From NCBI GenBank assembly GCA_017623505.1, contig JAGAOZ010000005.1:112710-176709 (forward strand): 64,000 bases of DNA, written 5' to 3'. Positions 18,766 to 28,771 of this stretch are shown one piece after another. The notes under the pieces were generated by a model. It had not been told where the DNA came from. It ran no database searches and saw nothing but the letters and a program-made list of their open reading frames with translations. Each line of letters opens with the position of its first letter. The first letter of the stretch is position 1. The translations under genes and the position numbers were made by a program. The DNA comes from Alistipes sp. (lineage in GTDB: Bacteria; Bacteroidota; Bacteroidia; Bacteroidales; Rikenellaceae).

Positions 18766-19200
18766 ATGAAACGTCTTCACGAAATACTCTCTGTGTTGAA
18801 GGGCTGGCTTAAGCGCTATGTCTCTCCTGCCTTTGTTGTGCTGTTTTGCGCCTCGTTTGTGCTGTGGTACGTGCTAAAGTTGGGCGATACGTACGTTGCA
18901 GAGTATAATTTGAATGTCGAGGTCAGCGGCTACGAGGTTGAAGTCCCTTGTACCGTTACTGCTAAAGGTACCGATTTGCTGGAGGTTCGTCGTTATCAAC
19001 ATCGCAGCTTGGTTATCCCTTTGGAGGATTTGGAGTACGATATTAAAACTAAGATTGCCGATGATGGTGACTCTGTTCAATACTATAAGATATCGCGCGA
19101 GTCTATGCAGAACGAGATATCTATTCGTCTTAAGCAGGCTGAGATTGTTGTCGGTTCTGTTCCATTGCTACCCATCAAACCAAAGAATTCGGCTATCTAA
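18766..19200 (+). CDS. Single-TM protein, short YbbR/CdaR-like, upstream of coaE
   Basis: One N-terminal TM (FVVLFCASFVLWY) then beta-rich domain with VTAKGTDLL; YbbR-like genes precede coaE in Bacteroidetes; TAACTTTG at 18750-18757. Confidence 0.45.
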   Translation: MKRLHEILSVLKGWLKRYVSPAFVVLFCASFVLWYVLKLGDTYVAEYNLNVEVSGYEVEVPCTVTAKGTDLLEVRRYQHRSLVIPLEDLEYDIKTKIADDGDSVQYYKISRESMQNEISIRLKQAEIVVGSVPLLPIKPKNSAI

Positions 19201-19221
19201 TCACTTATAATCCTTTGTTAT

Positions 19222-19812
19222 ATGTATAAAGTAGGTATTACAGGCGGTATAGGCAGTGGTAAGAGTACTTTGTGCGAACTTTTGTCGGGTTATGGTATTC
19301 CGATTTACGACTCGGATAGCCGAGCCAAGACGCTGATGTCTATCTCTTGCGAGCTTCGTCAGGCTCTTTGCGATGCTTTCGGTGCGGAGTGCTATCGGGG
19401 CGATGAACTCAATAGGGCATACCTCTCTCAGCGTGTTTTTGGAGATGCTGCCGCTTTGGCTCAGCTCAATAGTATCGTTCATCCTTTTGTCCGTGCCGAT
19501 TTTCGGGCGTGGGCCGAGCAACAATCCAGTGAATATGTTGTTTTGGAGAGTGCTATCTTGTTTGAGGCAGGCTTTGAGAATGAGATAGATACTATCGTTG
19601 CTGTCCTTGCTCCGCTTGAGGAGCGTTTACTAAGGGCTATGAGTCGTGATAATGCGTCCCGTGAGAGCGTTTTGAGCCGTATTTCTCATCAGACGAGTGA
19701 TGATGAGCTGCTGCGACGTAGCCACCGCAGCATCGTCAATATCCACCGCGAATATTTCGAGAGCGATGCGGAGCAGTTACATAAGATTCTTTTGTATGAA
19801 GCACGTCGTTAG
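19222..19812 (+). CDS. coaE: Dephospho-CoA kinase
   Basis: GITGGIGSGKST, LNSIVHP, ESAILFE. Confidence 0.95.
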   Translation: MYKVGITGGIGSGKSTLCELLSGYGIPIYDSDSRAKTLMSISCELRQALCDAFGAECYRGDELNRAYLSQRVFGDAAALAQLNSIVHPFVRADFRAWAEQQSSEYVVLESAILFEAGFENEIDTIVAVLAPLEERLLRAMSRDNASRESVLSRISHQTSDDELLRRSHRSIVNIHREYFESDAEQLHKILLYEARR

Positions 19813-20611
19813 CGATATTGATTTGATGCAGCCGCAGGTTATGGCTATTATTAACGTCACGCCCGACTCTTTTTATAGCCACAGCCGCGCTTTTTCTGTG
19901 GAGGCTCTTGAGCGTCGTGTCGCTGAGGCGATAGCCGAGGGGGCTACTATTTTCGATGTCGGAGGCTACTCCTCACGTCTTGGAGCGGACGATCTGCCTT
20001 TGGAGGAGGAGTGGCGTAGGGTAGAGCTAGGTGCATCTGTTGTCCGCAATATGACCAATCTGCCCCTCTCAATTGACACCTTCCGCTCAGATGTTGCCGA
20101 GCGTGCTACGGAACGCTTTGGTGAAGTTATTATCAACGATATATCTGCAGGTGAGGCTGATGCGCGTATGATTGATGTTGCGGCAGCGAATAATCTGCCC
20201 TATGTTGCGATGCACATGCGCGGTACGCCGCAGACTATGCACTCTTTGACTACCTATCCGCGTGGTGTTGTCACTGAGGTTGCGGAGTACCTTCAGCGCC
20301 GTGCCGACTATTTGGCGAGCCGAGGTGTTGAAAGAGTTGTTCTGGACCCTGGCTTTGGCTTTGCTAAGAGTGTTGAGCAGAACTATGAGCTCCTCTCCAA
20401 CCTACATCGCTTGACGTCGTTGGGCCTTCCTCTGCTCGTTGGCTTGTCGCGCAAGTCTATGGTTTATAAATTTTTGGGCACTACGCCCGAAGAGTCTTTG
20501 AGTGCCACCTCTGTCTTAAACTTTGAGGCTCTGCGTCGTGGCGCAACTATTTTGCGTGTTCACGATGTGAAGCAGGCTGTTGAGGTCGTTAAGCTATATA
20601 ACATATTGTAA
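19796..20611 (+). CDS. folP: Dihydropteroate synthase (start probably ATG 19796, overlapping the coaE end)
   Basis: INVTPDSF, DVGGYSSR, SIDTF, INDIS, MHMRG, LDPGFGFAK, SRKS, RVHDV. Confidence 0.95.
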   Translation: MKHVVSDIDLMQPQVMAIINVTPDSFYSHSRAFSVEALERRVAEAIAEGATIFDVGGYSSRLGADDLPLEEEWRRVELGASVVRNMTNLPLSIDTFRSDVAERATERFGEVIINDISAGEADARMIDVAAANNLPYVAMHMRGTPQTMHSLTTYPRGVVTEVAEYLQRRADYLASRGVERVVLDPGFGFAKSVEQNYELLSNLHRLTSLGLPLLVGLSRKSMVYKFLGTTPEESLSATSVLNFEALRRGATILRVHDVKQAVEVVKLYNIL

Positions 20612-21681
20612 TGAGTTTTTTTCGATACATATCATTTCTTGCCCTTGTTGTCTGTGGCTGTTTGACACTTATGGCTTCGCCACACTCTTCGGATGATGAG
20701 CCTGCCGATAGTGCGCCGGCACACCTTCGTATCGTTGTTGGAGGTGATTTTATGCAACATCTACCGCAGGTCGAGGCGGCTTATCGTGCCGACGGCTCTT
20801 ATGATTATAGCACCTCGTTGCAATATGTCGCTCCGCTGTTCCGTGAGGCGGATATCGCTATTCTGAATCTTGAGACGACCCTCTCTGTCGAGGGGCCTTA
20901 TTCTGGTTATCCGATGTTCTGTTCACCTGTCGAGGTCGCCGATGCCTTTGTCGATATGGGTGTTGATTTGGTTGCTCTTGCTAATAACCATTGTTGCGAT
21001 AGATTCTACGGAGGTATTGTTGAGACTACTCAGGCTCTTGACCGTCGCCAGTTGCGTCGCATTGGAGCCTACCGTAGTGCGTGGGACTATGCGCAGAATG
21101 GTGTGCAATACTTCTCTGAGGAGGGCATCAATCTCGCCTTTGTGAACTTTACTTATGGCACAAATGGTATCCCTATCCCTAAGGGTGCTGTTGTCGATTT
21201 GTTGGACGATGATACTATGGAGCGAGTGCTGTCGGGTGTTGATTTCTCGCGTATTGATTGCCTTGTGGCTATTGTGCATTGGGGTAATGAGTATGAGCGT
21301 CGCCCTAATGCCGAGCAGTTGCGCATCGAACGCTTCTTGCGCGAGCGAGGTGTCGATATTATTATTGGCTCACACCCTCACGTTGTTCAACGCTTTGAGG
21401 CTGATGCCACTGAGGGCGTCACTCTTTACTCTTTGGGTAATTTCGTGTCGAATCAGCAACGCCGCTACTGTGACGGAGGTTTGGTTGCCACCATTGACAT
21501 TACAAAGCACGGTAACGAGCTGCATTACGCGGCTGAGGTTGAGCCTGTTTGGGTACGCAAGGAGGGCTATGTTGTCATTCCGCAGTCTGCTGCTGATACG
21601 CTCTCTATGACTGCTCAGGAGCGTGAGCGATATAACCTCTTTATCTCAGACACACGTCACACCCTCTCCTCCTCACGTTAG
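20611..21681 (+). CDS. CapA-family (PGA_cap) metallophosphoesterase-like exported protein
   Basis: GGDFMQH, NLET, ANNHCCD, HWGNEY, GSHPHV, YSLGNF. Confidence 0.85.
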   Translation: MSFFRYISFLALVVCGCLTLMASPHSSDDEPADSAPAHLRIVVGGDFMQHLPQVEAAYRADGSYDYSTSLQYVAPLFREADIAILNLETTLSVEGPYSGYPMFCSPVEVADAFVDMGVDLVALANNHCCDRFYGGIVETTQALDRRQLRRIGAYRSAWDYAQNGVQYFSEEGINLAFVNFTYGTNGIPIPKGAVVDLLDDDTMERVLSGVDFSRIDCLVAIVHWGNEYERRPNAEQLRIERFLRERGVDIIIGSHPHVVQRFEADATEGVTLYSLGNFVSNQQRRYCDGGLVATIDITKHGNELHYAAEVEPVWVRKEGYVVIPQSAADTLSMTAQERERYNLFISDTRHTLSSSR

Positions 21682-21709
21682 TCTTGAGTTACGGTAATGA
21701 TGCAAAAGA

Positions 21710-21744
21710 TAATGATGCAAAAAGCGCCGCTTTTTGCATCATTA
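21710..21744. terminator. Bidirectional terminator between convergent genes
   Basis: Perfect 16-bp arms TAATGATGCAAAAAGC/GCTTTTTGCATCATTA with a 3-nt loop. Confidence 0.8.
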
Positions 21745-21758
21745 CCGTTTATCCCTCT

Positions 21759-22676
21759 TTACTCCCAGAGGTTGCGTGGATAAACACCCGACTGAATCAG
21801 CTCTTCAATCTTTGCCACAAGCTGAGGTTTGTCGGCCTGATATGTTACGCCAAACCACTGAGCCGTAGTACTCAACACTTTCAATTTGGCCGTACCGTTG
21901 CTAACCAACTCATTGACCATAAGCGGAATGAAGAACTCGGCCTTAGGGTTCGCCATATTCTTCTCATCACTCAGAAAACCCTTGAAATACTCCTCAGAGT
22001 GGACGAAATAATCTGGTGTAAAACCAAACAAGTTCATCGAAACAGGTGTCTGCTCCTCCAATGCTTCATCTTCGCCCAAGTCGTGAAATACGATTGTACC
22101 TTCTGCGTTGCGCTCAATCTTTGTACGCTCGACTATTGATGTTAGGAATCCGTCATTATCTACCGAGCATACACCGCGAGATACCGTGCCATTCTCCGAA
22201 AGGGTCTTGTTTACCTCGTATCCTACCATGCAGTAGTGACCGCTCTCGCCACCGCGCTCAGCAAGGTAAGCACCTATTACGCGATAGGCATCTGCTCCGT
22301 AGAAATCGTCTGCATTGATTACAGCAAATGGCTCATTTATAACATCTTTGGCCATCATCAGGGCGTGATTTGTACCCCAAGGCTTCTCTCGGCCCTCTGG
22401 CACAGAGAATCCCTCAGGCAGATAGTCCAACTCCTGATATACCACCTCTACCTCGATGCGTCCGCCAAAACGCTCTTTGTTAAATATCTTAGTGAAGGCC
22501 TCTGCAAAGGAGTGTCGTATTACAAATACCACTTTGCCGAATCCGGCACGTATGGCATCATATATAGAGTAGTCTATTATGGCTTCGTTGTTAGGTCCGA
22601 CGCCATCCATCTGCTTCAGAGCTCCATATCGAGAGCCCATACCCGCAGCCAAAACAAGTAATGTTGGTTTCACCAT
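21759..22676 (-). CDS. Sugar-phosphate nucleotidyltransferase (NTP_transferase family)
   Basis: LAAGMGSRYG..KQ, KPWGTNHA, INADDFYG, WFGVTY. Confidence 0.85.
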   Translation of the reverse strand: MVKPTLLVLAAGMGSRYGALKQMDGVGPNNEAIIDYSIYDAIRAGFGKVVFVIRHSFAEAFTKIFNKERFGGRIEVEVVYQELDYLPEGFSVPEGREKPWGTNHALMMAKDVINEPFAVINADDFYGADAYRVIGAYLAERGGESGHYCMVGYEVNKTLSENGTVSRGVCSVDNDGFLTSIVERTKIERNAEGTIVFHDLGEDEALEEQTPVSMNLFGFTPDYFVHSEEYFKGFLSDEKNMANPKAEFFIPLMVNELVSNGTAKLKVLSTTAQWFGVTYQADKPQLVAKIEELIQSGVYPRNLWE

Positions 22677-22837
22677 AGCTTTTTCAATGTTTTAATCATT
22701 ATACTACAAAGGTAATAATTTTTTGTCTAATAATCTGCCCTCAGACGACGAATTCATTTTCTGCGCAAATAAATTTGCGTAACCGCTACTGTTGTGTTAT
22801 CTTTGTACGTTATATATACATATAAATATTATTTTGT

Positions 22838-23692
22838 ATGGCTAAGATTACAGATAAGATAAAGAGTTTCTTCTCACGTAAGACTCTCTCGATGACCAAC
22901 TCGAAAAAACAGGTCGAGTGGAGCATCCGCATCTCTAATAGTGCGCTTGTCGGGGGCCTTTTGGTCTTGATAGCTCTTCTGTTTGTTGCTGTTATGGCTT
23001 TGGTGGCATATACTCCGGTGCTTGACCTTTTCCCTGGTTATCGCACTGCTGCCGAGCGTGCTCACGACGAGTTGATACAAAATATCATGCGTGTCGATTC
23101 TCTGGAGCGTACGATGAGTCAGTTCCAGCAATATAGCGACAATATCTCGATGGTTATGGATGGTAAAACGCCTGTTTTGCGTAGCCAGCTCAACGATACT
23201 ATTCAGTACGATAAGACTTTAATCAAACCGTCGCATGCCGACTCTCTGCTGCGTAGCCAGATGGAGGGCGATGGCGAGTACTCCCTTTCGCATGTTGTTG
23301 TGCCTAAGGAGCGCGAGGGTGAGCTCTTTGCCGCCCCTATCCAGGGCGGTAAGATTGTTCGTCACTTCTCGTCGAAGGAGAACTATATGGGTGTCACGTT
23401 GCAAGTTGCCCCAAATTCTCCAATTACGAGTGTCGGGGACGGTACCGTTATGAGTATTATCTCGAACGATAGCGGTTATTCTACGGTTGTCATTCAGCAC
23501 TATAACGGCTTTGTATCAGTCTATTATAACCTCCTGCAACCTATGGTTACGAGAGCTCAGGCTGTTAAGAGTGGTCAGGTTTTGGGTTATAACTCTATGC
23601 CGCAGGTCGGCGATACCGAGAATCCGCTCTTTGAGATGGAGTTGTGGAGTGACGGTAAGGCTGTCGATCCTGAGATTTATATGGTTTTCTAA
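22838..23692 (+). CDS. M23 family peptidase-like protein with N-terminal membrane anchor
   Basis: HFSSK..YMGV, GDGTV, VVIQHYNGFVSVYYNL, VKSGQVLG, FEMELW..GKAVDP; some Zn ligands look degenerate; conserved position before dxr. Confidence 0.75.
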   Translation: MAKITDKIKSFFSRKTLSMTNSKKQVEWSIRISNSALVGGLLVLIALLFVAVMALVAYTPVLDLFPGYRTAAERAHDELIQNIMRVDSLERTMSQFQQYSDNISMVMDGKTPVLRSQLNDTIQYDKTLIKPSHADSLLRSQMEGDGEYSLSHVVVPKEREGELFAAPIQGGKIVRHFSSKENYMGVTLQVAPNSPITSVGDGTVMSIISNDSGYSTVVIQHYNGFVSVYYNLLQPMVTRAQAVKSGQVLGYNSMPQVGDTENPLFEMELWSDGKAVDPEIYMVF

Positions 23693-23701
23693 TTCAGAGA
23701 G

Positions 23702-24859
23702 ATGAAACAACGTATAGCACTCCTCGGTTCTACCGGTTCTATCGGTACTCAGACGCTCGATGTCGTGTCGCGTTACCCCGAAATGTTCGAGGTGCACACT
23801 CTTGTTGCAGGTACGCAGTGGGAGCTGTTGGCGCAGCAAGCTATTGAGTATGATGCCGATACGGTTGTTATTGCCGACGAGTCGAGATATGAGCTGCTGA
23901 GCGATGCTTTGGCCGACTATCCCGTTAAGGTCTTCACGGGAGCCAAAGCTATCGAGCAGGTTGTCGCAAGTTCTGAGGTCGATGTTGTCGTCAATGCTTT
24001 GGTGGGCTATGCTGGTTTGCATCCTACCGTTGCAGCCTTGCGTGCGGGCAAGAAACTCGCTTTGGCCAATAAGGAGAGCCTTGTTGTTGCCGGAGAGTTG
24101 GTCATGCGCCTCTCTGCGGAGAATCATGCCCCTATTCTGCCGATAGACTCCGAACATTCGGCTATCTTTCAGTGCTTGGTAGGAGAGCAGTCGCCTATGC
24201 GACGTTTGGTTATTACATGTAGCGGAGGAGCGTTGCGTGATTTGCCTTTGGAGGCTTTGGCTGATGTTACCCCTGAGCAGGCGTTGTGTCATCCTCAGTG
24301 GCAGATGGGCCGTAAGATTACCATTGACTCGGCTACACTCGTTAATAAAGGTTTTGAGGTTATCGAAGCACATTGGCTCTTTGGTGTCGGGGCGGATAAG
24401 ATTTCCGTTGTCATCCACCCTCAATCTATCATCCACTCTATGGTTGAGTTTGAGGATGGAGCTCTTAAAGCTCAGTTGGGCACTCCCGATATGCGTATCC
24501 CTATAAGCTACGCTCTGTTGTTTCCCTATCGAGCTACGCTGGAGTCTGAGCCATTCGATTTCGTCAAGCACTCTACACTGAGCTTCTCCGAGGTGGACCA
24601 TGCCAAATACCCCGCTTTGGGTATAGCCTTTGAGTGTATGCGTCGAGGTGGTAATGCCGCGTGCGTTATGAATGGAGCTAATGAGATTGCCGTAGAGATG
24701 TTTCTCAGTGGACGGTGTCGTTTTACCGATATCACCCGCGCCATAGAGTACGCTCTGGAGCATGCAACTTTTGTCGTTACTCCGACTTTGGAGGACTACG
24801 ATAGGTCTGATGTTGAGTCCAGAGCCCTGGCTCGCGAGTTTTTGTTGTCAAGAGAATAA
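23702..24859 (+). CDS. dxr: 1-deoxy-D-xylulose-5-phosphate reductoisomerase
   Basis: LGSTGSIG, LANKES, PIDSEHSA, MGRKITIDSAT..NKG.E. Confidence 0.97.
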   Translation: MKQRIALLGSTGSIGTQTLDVVSRYPEMFEVHTLVAGTQWELLAQQAIEYDADTVVIADESRYELLSDALADYPVKVFTGAKAIEQVVASSEVDVVVNALVGYAGLHPTVAALRAGKKLALANKESLVVAGELVMRLSAENHAPILPIDSEHSAIFQCLVGEQSPMRRLVITCSGGALRDLPLEALADVTPEQALCHPQWQMGRKITIDSATLVNKGFEVIEAHWLFGVGADKISVVIHPQSIIHSMVEFEDGALKAQLGTPDMRIPISYALLFPYRATLESEPFDFVKHSTLSFSEVDHAKYPALGIAFECMRRGGNAACVMNGANEIAVEMFLSGRCRFTDITRAIEYALEHATFVVTPTLEDYDRSDVESRALAREFLLSRE

Positions 24860-24873
24860 AATTTTATGTAAAG

Positions 24874-26190
24874 ATGGATATTGTAATTAAGATTCTTCAA
24901 TTTTTTATGAGTTTGTCACTTTTGGTGGCAATTCACGAGTTTGGCCACTATATTGTGGCGCGCATTTTTAAGATTAGAGTTGAGAAGTTCTACATATTTT
25001 TCGACCCTTGGTTCTCTATCTATAAGAAGAAGATAGGTCAGACCGAGTATGGCATTGGTTGGTTACCTTTGGGTGGCTACGTGAAGATTGCCGGTATGAT
25101 TGACGAGAGTATGGATAAGGAGCAGATGGCTCAGCCTGTTAAGCCTGATGAGTTCCGTGCTAAGCCGGCATGGCAGCGTCTGATGGTTATGTTGGCGGGT
25201 GTAGTGATGAACGTTATTTTGGCCTTCTTTATCTATACAGGTATCTGCTACTTCTGCGGTACCAAGTATTTCGCTAACGAGGATGCTAAATATGGCTATG
25301 TCTATAACGACGCCGGTAAGGCTCTTGGTTTTCAGGATGGAGACCTGCCTTTGGCTATTGATGGCGAGGCGATTGTTGATGCCAAGGAGATTCGCGAGAA
25401 GCTCCTTATTACCGACACAGACCGTACTGTCGATGTGTTGCGTGACGGTGATACCGTTCGTTTGAATATCACCTTCGATAAGCTCCTTGAGATGCGTCGC
25501 AGTGAGGGCTATAAAGATATGTATGTTGTCAATGCCCCATTCATTATCGACTCTATTGCTCTTCGAGCTCAGAATATAGGTTTGCAGCGTGGTGATATCG
25601 TTATGGCGTGCAACGAGCACCGTGTCGTATCGGTTGATAAGCTCCGTGGCGTTGTCAAGCAGTATGCCAACGATACAGTTAATCTGGTTGTAGACCGTGG
25701 TGGCGAGATTCTTACGTTGCGTGCCCCTGTGGGTGCTGACGGTAAGATTGGCTTGGATCCACAGCGCATTGAGTTCCAGGAACGCCGTAAGGAGTACACG
25801 TTTGCGGAGTCTTTCCCTGGTGGTGCTGAGCTTGTCGGCAATACCATGTCAAGCTATTGGGAGCAGTTGAAGCTTATCGTCAATCCTGAGACTAAGATGT
25901 ATGAGGAGCTGGGTGGCTTCATCGCTATCAGCAGCGTCTTCCCTGGCCATTGGGATTGGGAGAATTTCTGGTATATGACTGCTTTTCTGTCGATTATGCT
26001 TGCTATTTTGAACGTACTGCCTATCCCTGGTTTGGATGGTGGTCACGCTCTGTTCACTCTGTGGGAGATTCTGACAGGCCGTAAGCCAAGCGATAAGTTC
26101 CTTGAGATTATGCAGTATATCGGTCTTTTCCTTTTGTTGATATTGCTGATTTACGCCAACGGTAACGATATCGTAAGACTCTTTAATTAA
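24874..26190 (+). CDS. rseP: RIP metalloprotease RseP
   Basis: HEFGH, LGGYVKI, PDZ-like region, NVLPIPGLDGG. Confidence 0.95.
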   Translation: MDIVIKILQFFMSLSLLVAIHEFGHYIVARIFKIRVEKFYIFFDPWFSIYKKKIGQTEYGIGWLPLGGYVKIAGMIDESMDKEQMAQPVKPDEFRAKPAWQRLMVMLAGVVMNVILAFFIYTGICYFCGTKYFANEDAKYGYVYNDAGKALGFQDGDLPLAIDGEAIVDAKEIREKLLITDTDRTVDVLRDGDTVRLNITFDKLLEMRRSEGYKDMYVVNAPFIIDSIALRAQNIGLQRGDIVMACNEHRVVSVDKLRGVVKQYANDTVNLVVDRGGEILTLRAPVGADGKIGLDPQRIEFQERRKEYTFAESFPGGAELVGNTMSSYWEQLKLIVNPETKMYEELGGFIAISSVFPGHWDWENFWYMTAFLSIMLAILNVLPIPGLDGGHALFTLWEILTGRKPSDKFLEIMQYIGLFLLLILLIYANGNDIVRLFN

Positions 26191-26224
26191 ATTATAGAAC
26201 ACCCCTTATAGAACATCTTGTTTT

Positions 26225-27595
26225 ATGGCTAAGGTTAAGAAGGCATACTTCTGCTCGAAATGCGGTTTTGAGGCCCCCAAGTGGTTGGGCCGTTGTCCGT
26301 CATGTGGCGAGTGGAACACCTTTACTGAGGAGATTATATCTCGTGGCAGTAACTCTGCTGCCGACATCGCTGCCGATATGCCTCAGACCATGCCGCAGCG
26401 TGTGTCGGAGATTCAGCAGGAGAAGGTCCGCCGCCTCGATATGTGCAATAGCGAGGTCAATCGTGTGTTGGGGGGAGGTTTAGTCCCCGGCTCTTTGGTC
26501 TTGTTGGGCGGTGAGCCTGGTATCGGTAAATCTACTCTGAGCCTGCAATTAGCTCTGTCCTCACACGGTCTTAAGACTTTGTATGTGTCGGGCGAGGAGT
26601 CTGCGGAGCAGATAGGTATGCGTGCCGAGCGATTGGGTATCGAGAATGAGGAGTGTTATATCTACTCCGAGACGTTGTTGGAGAATATCCTTTTGCAGAT
26701 TAAGCAGCACCAGCCAGATATTGTCGTTATCGACTCTATCCAAACTATCTATACCGAGAGCATAGACTCTTCGGCTGGCAGTGTGTCGCAGATTCGCGAG
26801 TGCGCTGCTATGCTTTTGAAATATGCCAAGACGACGGGCACTTCGATTTTCATCATTGGCCATATCACTAAGGACGGAGCCATTGCCGGTCCTAAGATTT
26901 TGGAACATATCGTCGATGTGGTGTTGCAGTTTGAGGGCGATGGTAATAGCGTCAATCGTATTTTACGCGGTATTAAGAACCGCTTTGGTGCTACCTACGA
27001 GATTGGCGTATTCGAGATGATAGATAAGGGCCTTAGGGCAGTGGAGAATCCCTCGGAGATACTCCTCTCGCACTACGACGAGCCACTGAGCGGTATCGCT
27101 GTCGGTGCCTCTGTCGATGGTATTCGCCCCTATTTGATTGAGGTGCAGGCATTGGTTAGCAATGCTGTCTATGGCACTCCGCAACGTAATGCTACGGGCT
27201 TCGATGCGCGCCGTATGAGTATGCTGCTTGCAGTGTTGGAGAAGAGGGTAGGCATGAAGCTCTTTCAGAAGGATGTCTTTTTGAACTTTGCAGGCGGTTT
27301 TAAGGTAGCCGACCCTGGTTTGGACCTCTCTGTTGTCTCAGCTGTTATCTCCTCTTATTTCGACCGTCCTGTGGCTCAGGGGGTGTGTTGTGCGGGAGAG
27401 ATTGGTTTGTCGGGTGAGGTGCGCCCTGCACCCCGTACCGAGCAACGTGTAGCTGAGGCGGCACGATTGGGCTTTAAGCGTATTATCGTGTCGGGTTTTC
27501 TGCGTAAGGGCCTTAAGAAACCTAAGGGTATAGAGGTTGTCTTTATCAATAATCTTGGAGAGTTGCCTCGTGCAATATTTTGTGAGGAGATTTAA
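26225..27595 (+). CDS. radA: DNA repair protein RadA/Sms
   Basis: CSKC..KWLGRCPSC zinc finger, GGEPGIGKST, KNRFG, GEIGLSGE. Confidence 0.97.
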   Translation: MAKVKKAYFCSKCGFEAPKWLGRCPSCGEWNTFTEEIISRGSNSAADIAADMPQTMPQRVSEIQQEKVRRLDMCNSEVNRVLGGGLVPGSLVLLGGEPGIGKSTLSLQLALSSHGLKTLYVSGEESAEQIGMRAERLGIENEECYIYSETLLENILLQIKQHQPDIVVIDSIQTIYTESIDSSAGSVSQIRECAAMLLKYAKTTGTSIFIIGHITKDGAIAGPKILEHIVDVVLQFEGDGNSVNRILRGIKNRFGATYEIGVFEMIDKGLRAVENPSEILLSHYDEPLSGIAVGASVDGIRPYLIEVQALVSNAVYGTPQRNATGFDARRMSMLLAVLEKRVGMKLFQKDVFLNFAGGFKVADPGLDLSVVSAVISSYFDRPVAQGVCCAGEIGLSGEVRPAPRTEQRVAEAARLGFKRIIVSGFLRKGLKKPKGIEVVFINNLGELPRAIFCEEI

Positions 27596-27616
27596 GAGGA
27601 CTTGTGGTATAAATAT

Positions 27617-27653
27617 TGTGAGTTGTTCAACTGAACAACTCACATTTTTTTTT
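27617..27653 (+). terminator. Intrinsic terminator after radA
   Basis: Perfect 13-bp arms TGTGAGTTGTTCA/TGAACAACTCACA followed by T9. Confidence 0.75.
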
Positions 27654-27656
27654 GCT

Positions 27657-27968
27657 ATGACAATCGAAGATTTCAATACCATTATATCTCACGACCGCTT
27701 GACTTTGGCCGTCTTCTATACCCAGTGGTGCGGTCCGTGTAAGGCTCTGCACTTGATTTTGGACCGTTTGGAGGAGATGCGCCCCTCGGCTGTTGTGCTG
27801 ATGCGTTTTGATGTTGATAATGACGAGAATTTCGCCCTTTCGCAACGTTATAATATCGTGAGTGTCCCCACGATGATTCTCTTCCGTGCCGGCAAGAAAC
27901 TCTGGCGCGAAACAGGCGTTCTGACCGTCGAAACCCTCGAACAAAACATCGCCCGCTTCCGCAAATAA
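27657..27968 (+). CDS. Thioredoxin (start MTIEDF at 27657)
   Basis: WCGPCK active site, YNIVSVPT cis-Pro motif. Confidence 0.9.
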   Translation: MTIEDFNTIISHDRLTLAVFYTQWCGPCKALHLILDRLEEMRPSAVVLMRFDVDNDENFALSQRYNIVSVPTMILFRAGKKLWRETGVLTVETLEQNIARFRK

Positions 27969-27984
27969 TCCGCCCTATACAAAA

Positions 27985-28018
27985 GAAATAGAGCACTGCA
28001 ATCGCAATGCTCTATTTC
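27985..28018. terminator. Bidirectional terminator
   Basis: GAAATAGAGCA/TGCTCTATTTC arms between convergent genes. Confidence 0.7.
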
Positions 28019-28033
28019 TGTATAATCAATAAA

Positions 28034-28681
28034 TTAAAACGCATAACCTATTTTGAGTGTAAAATATCCCTCTGGATAATACTTAGGCATTATATTACCA
28101 CCGATGGTTGCGAATATTGCACCTTTATTCTTTAGCTTGAAATTTACACCAACCTGAGGACTTAGTATAACACCAACCTTTTTGCTCTCCCAATCATCTG
28201 CTTGCTTAAATAATATACCACCGATGTTTAGGTCTACAAATGGTTGTACTTTGGTCTTGGTTATGTAAATTTTGCTGTTTATAAAAAGTTTAGCATATAA
28301 ACCATCATCCTTAAAATTATCACTCCAAATGTAATAATAATTTTGTCTCATATTAAGAAACCCTATACCAAATCCTCCTCCCAAGAAGACGTGATTGTTG
28401 AATTTATATCCCACTACATAATTTGCGCCTATACCAAATGTGCAGGTATCTCCATCTCCATCTTCTCCTTCGGTTGTCTCAATCAATGGTAAACCAAACT
28501 CCAATTCTGCAAAGTGCTTTACGCCTTTGTCAATCTCAACAATTTTTACAGGCGGAGCCTCAGGTTCAGGTTCGATGACTTCAACCTTTGTCATCGAACT
28601 ATCTATAAATCCGTTTTGGGCCTCAGCCTTTGGCAGTGCAAAGCAGATTAACGCTGCCAATACAAATAAAAATTTTTTCAT
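28034..28681 (-). CDS. Outer-membrane beta-barrel-like protein
   Basis: Signal peptide (KAEA/Q), alternating amphipathic strands, C-terminal KIGYAF aromatic BAM motif. Confidence 0.7.
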   Translation of the reverse strand: MKKFLFVLAALICFALPKAEAQNGFIDSSMTKVEVIEPEPEAPPVKIVEIDKGVKHFAELEFGLPLIETTEGEDGDGDTCTFGIGANYVVGYKFNNHVFLGGGFGIGFLNMRQNYYYIWSDNFKDDGLYAKLFINSKIYITKTKVQPFVDLNIGGILFKQADDWESKKVGVILSPQVGVNFKLKNKGAIFATIGGNIMPKYYPEGYFTLKIGYAF

Positions 28682-28771
28682 ATTGCTTATTTTTTTTGTG
28701 TTAGTAATCTAATAGTCAAATAGTTTCGTTATTTCCTGGCTTGCAATGTAAAATGTGGAAACAAATAACAC

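Noticed and set aside
20611-21681. Poly-gamma-glutamate capsule synthesis locus
   Set aside because: Only a CapA-family domain is present, with no CapB/CapC ligase genes nearby
23516-24763. 415-aa minus-strand ORF
   Set aside because: Lies antisense to the M23 end and almost all of dxr, which has unambiguous motifs
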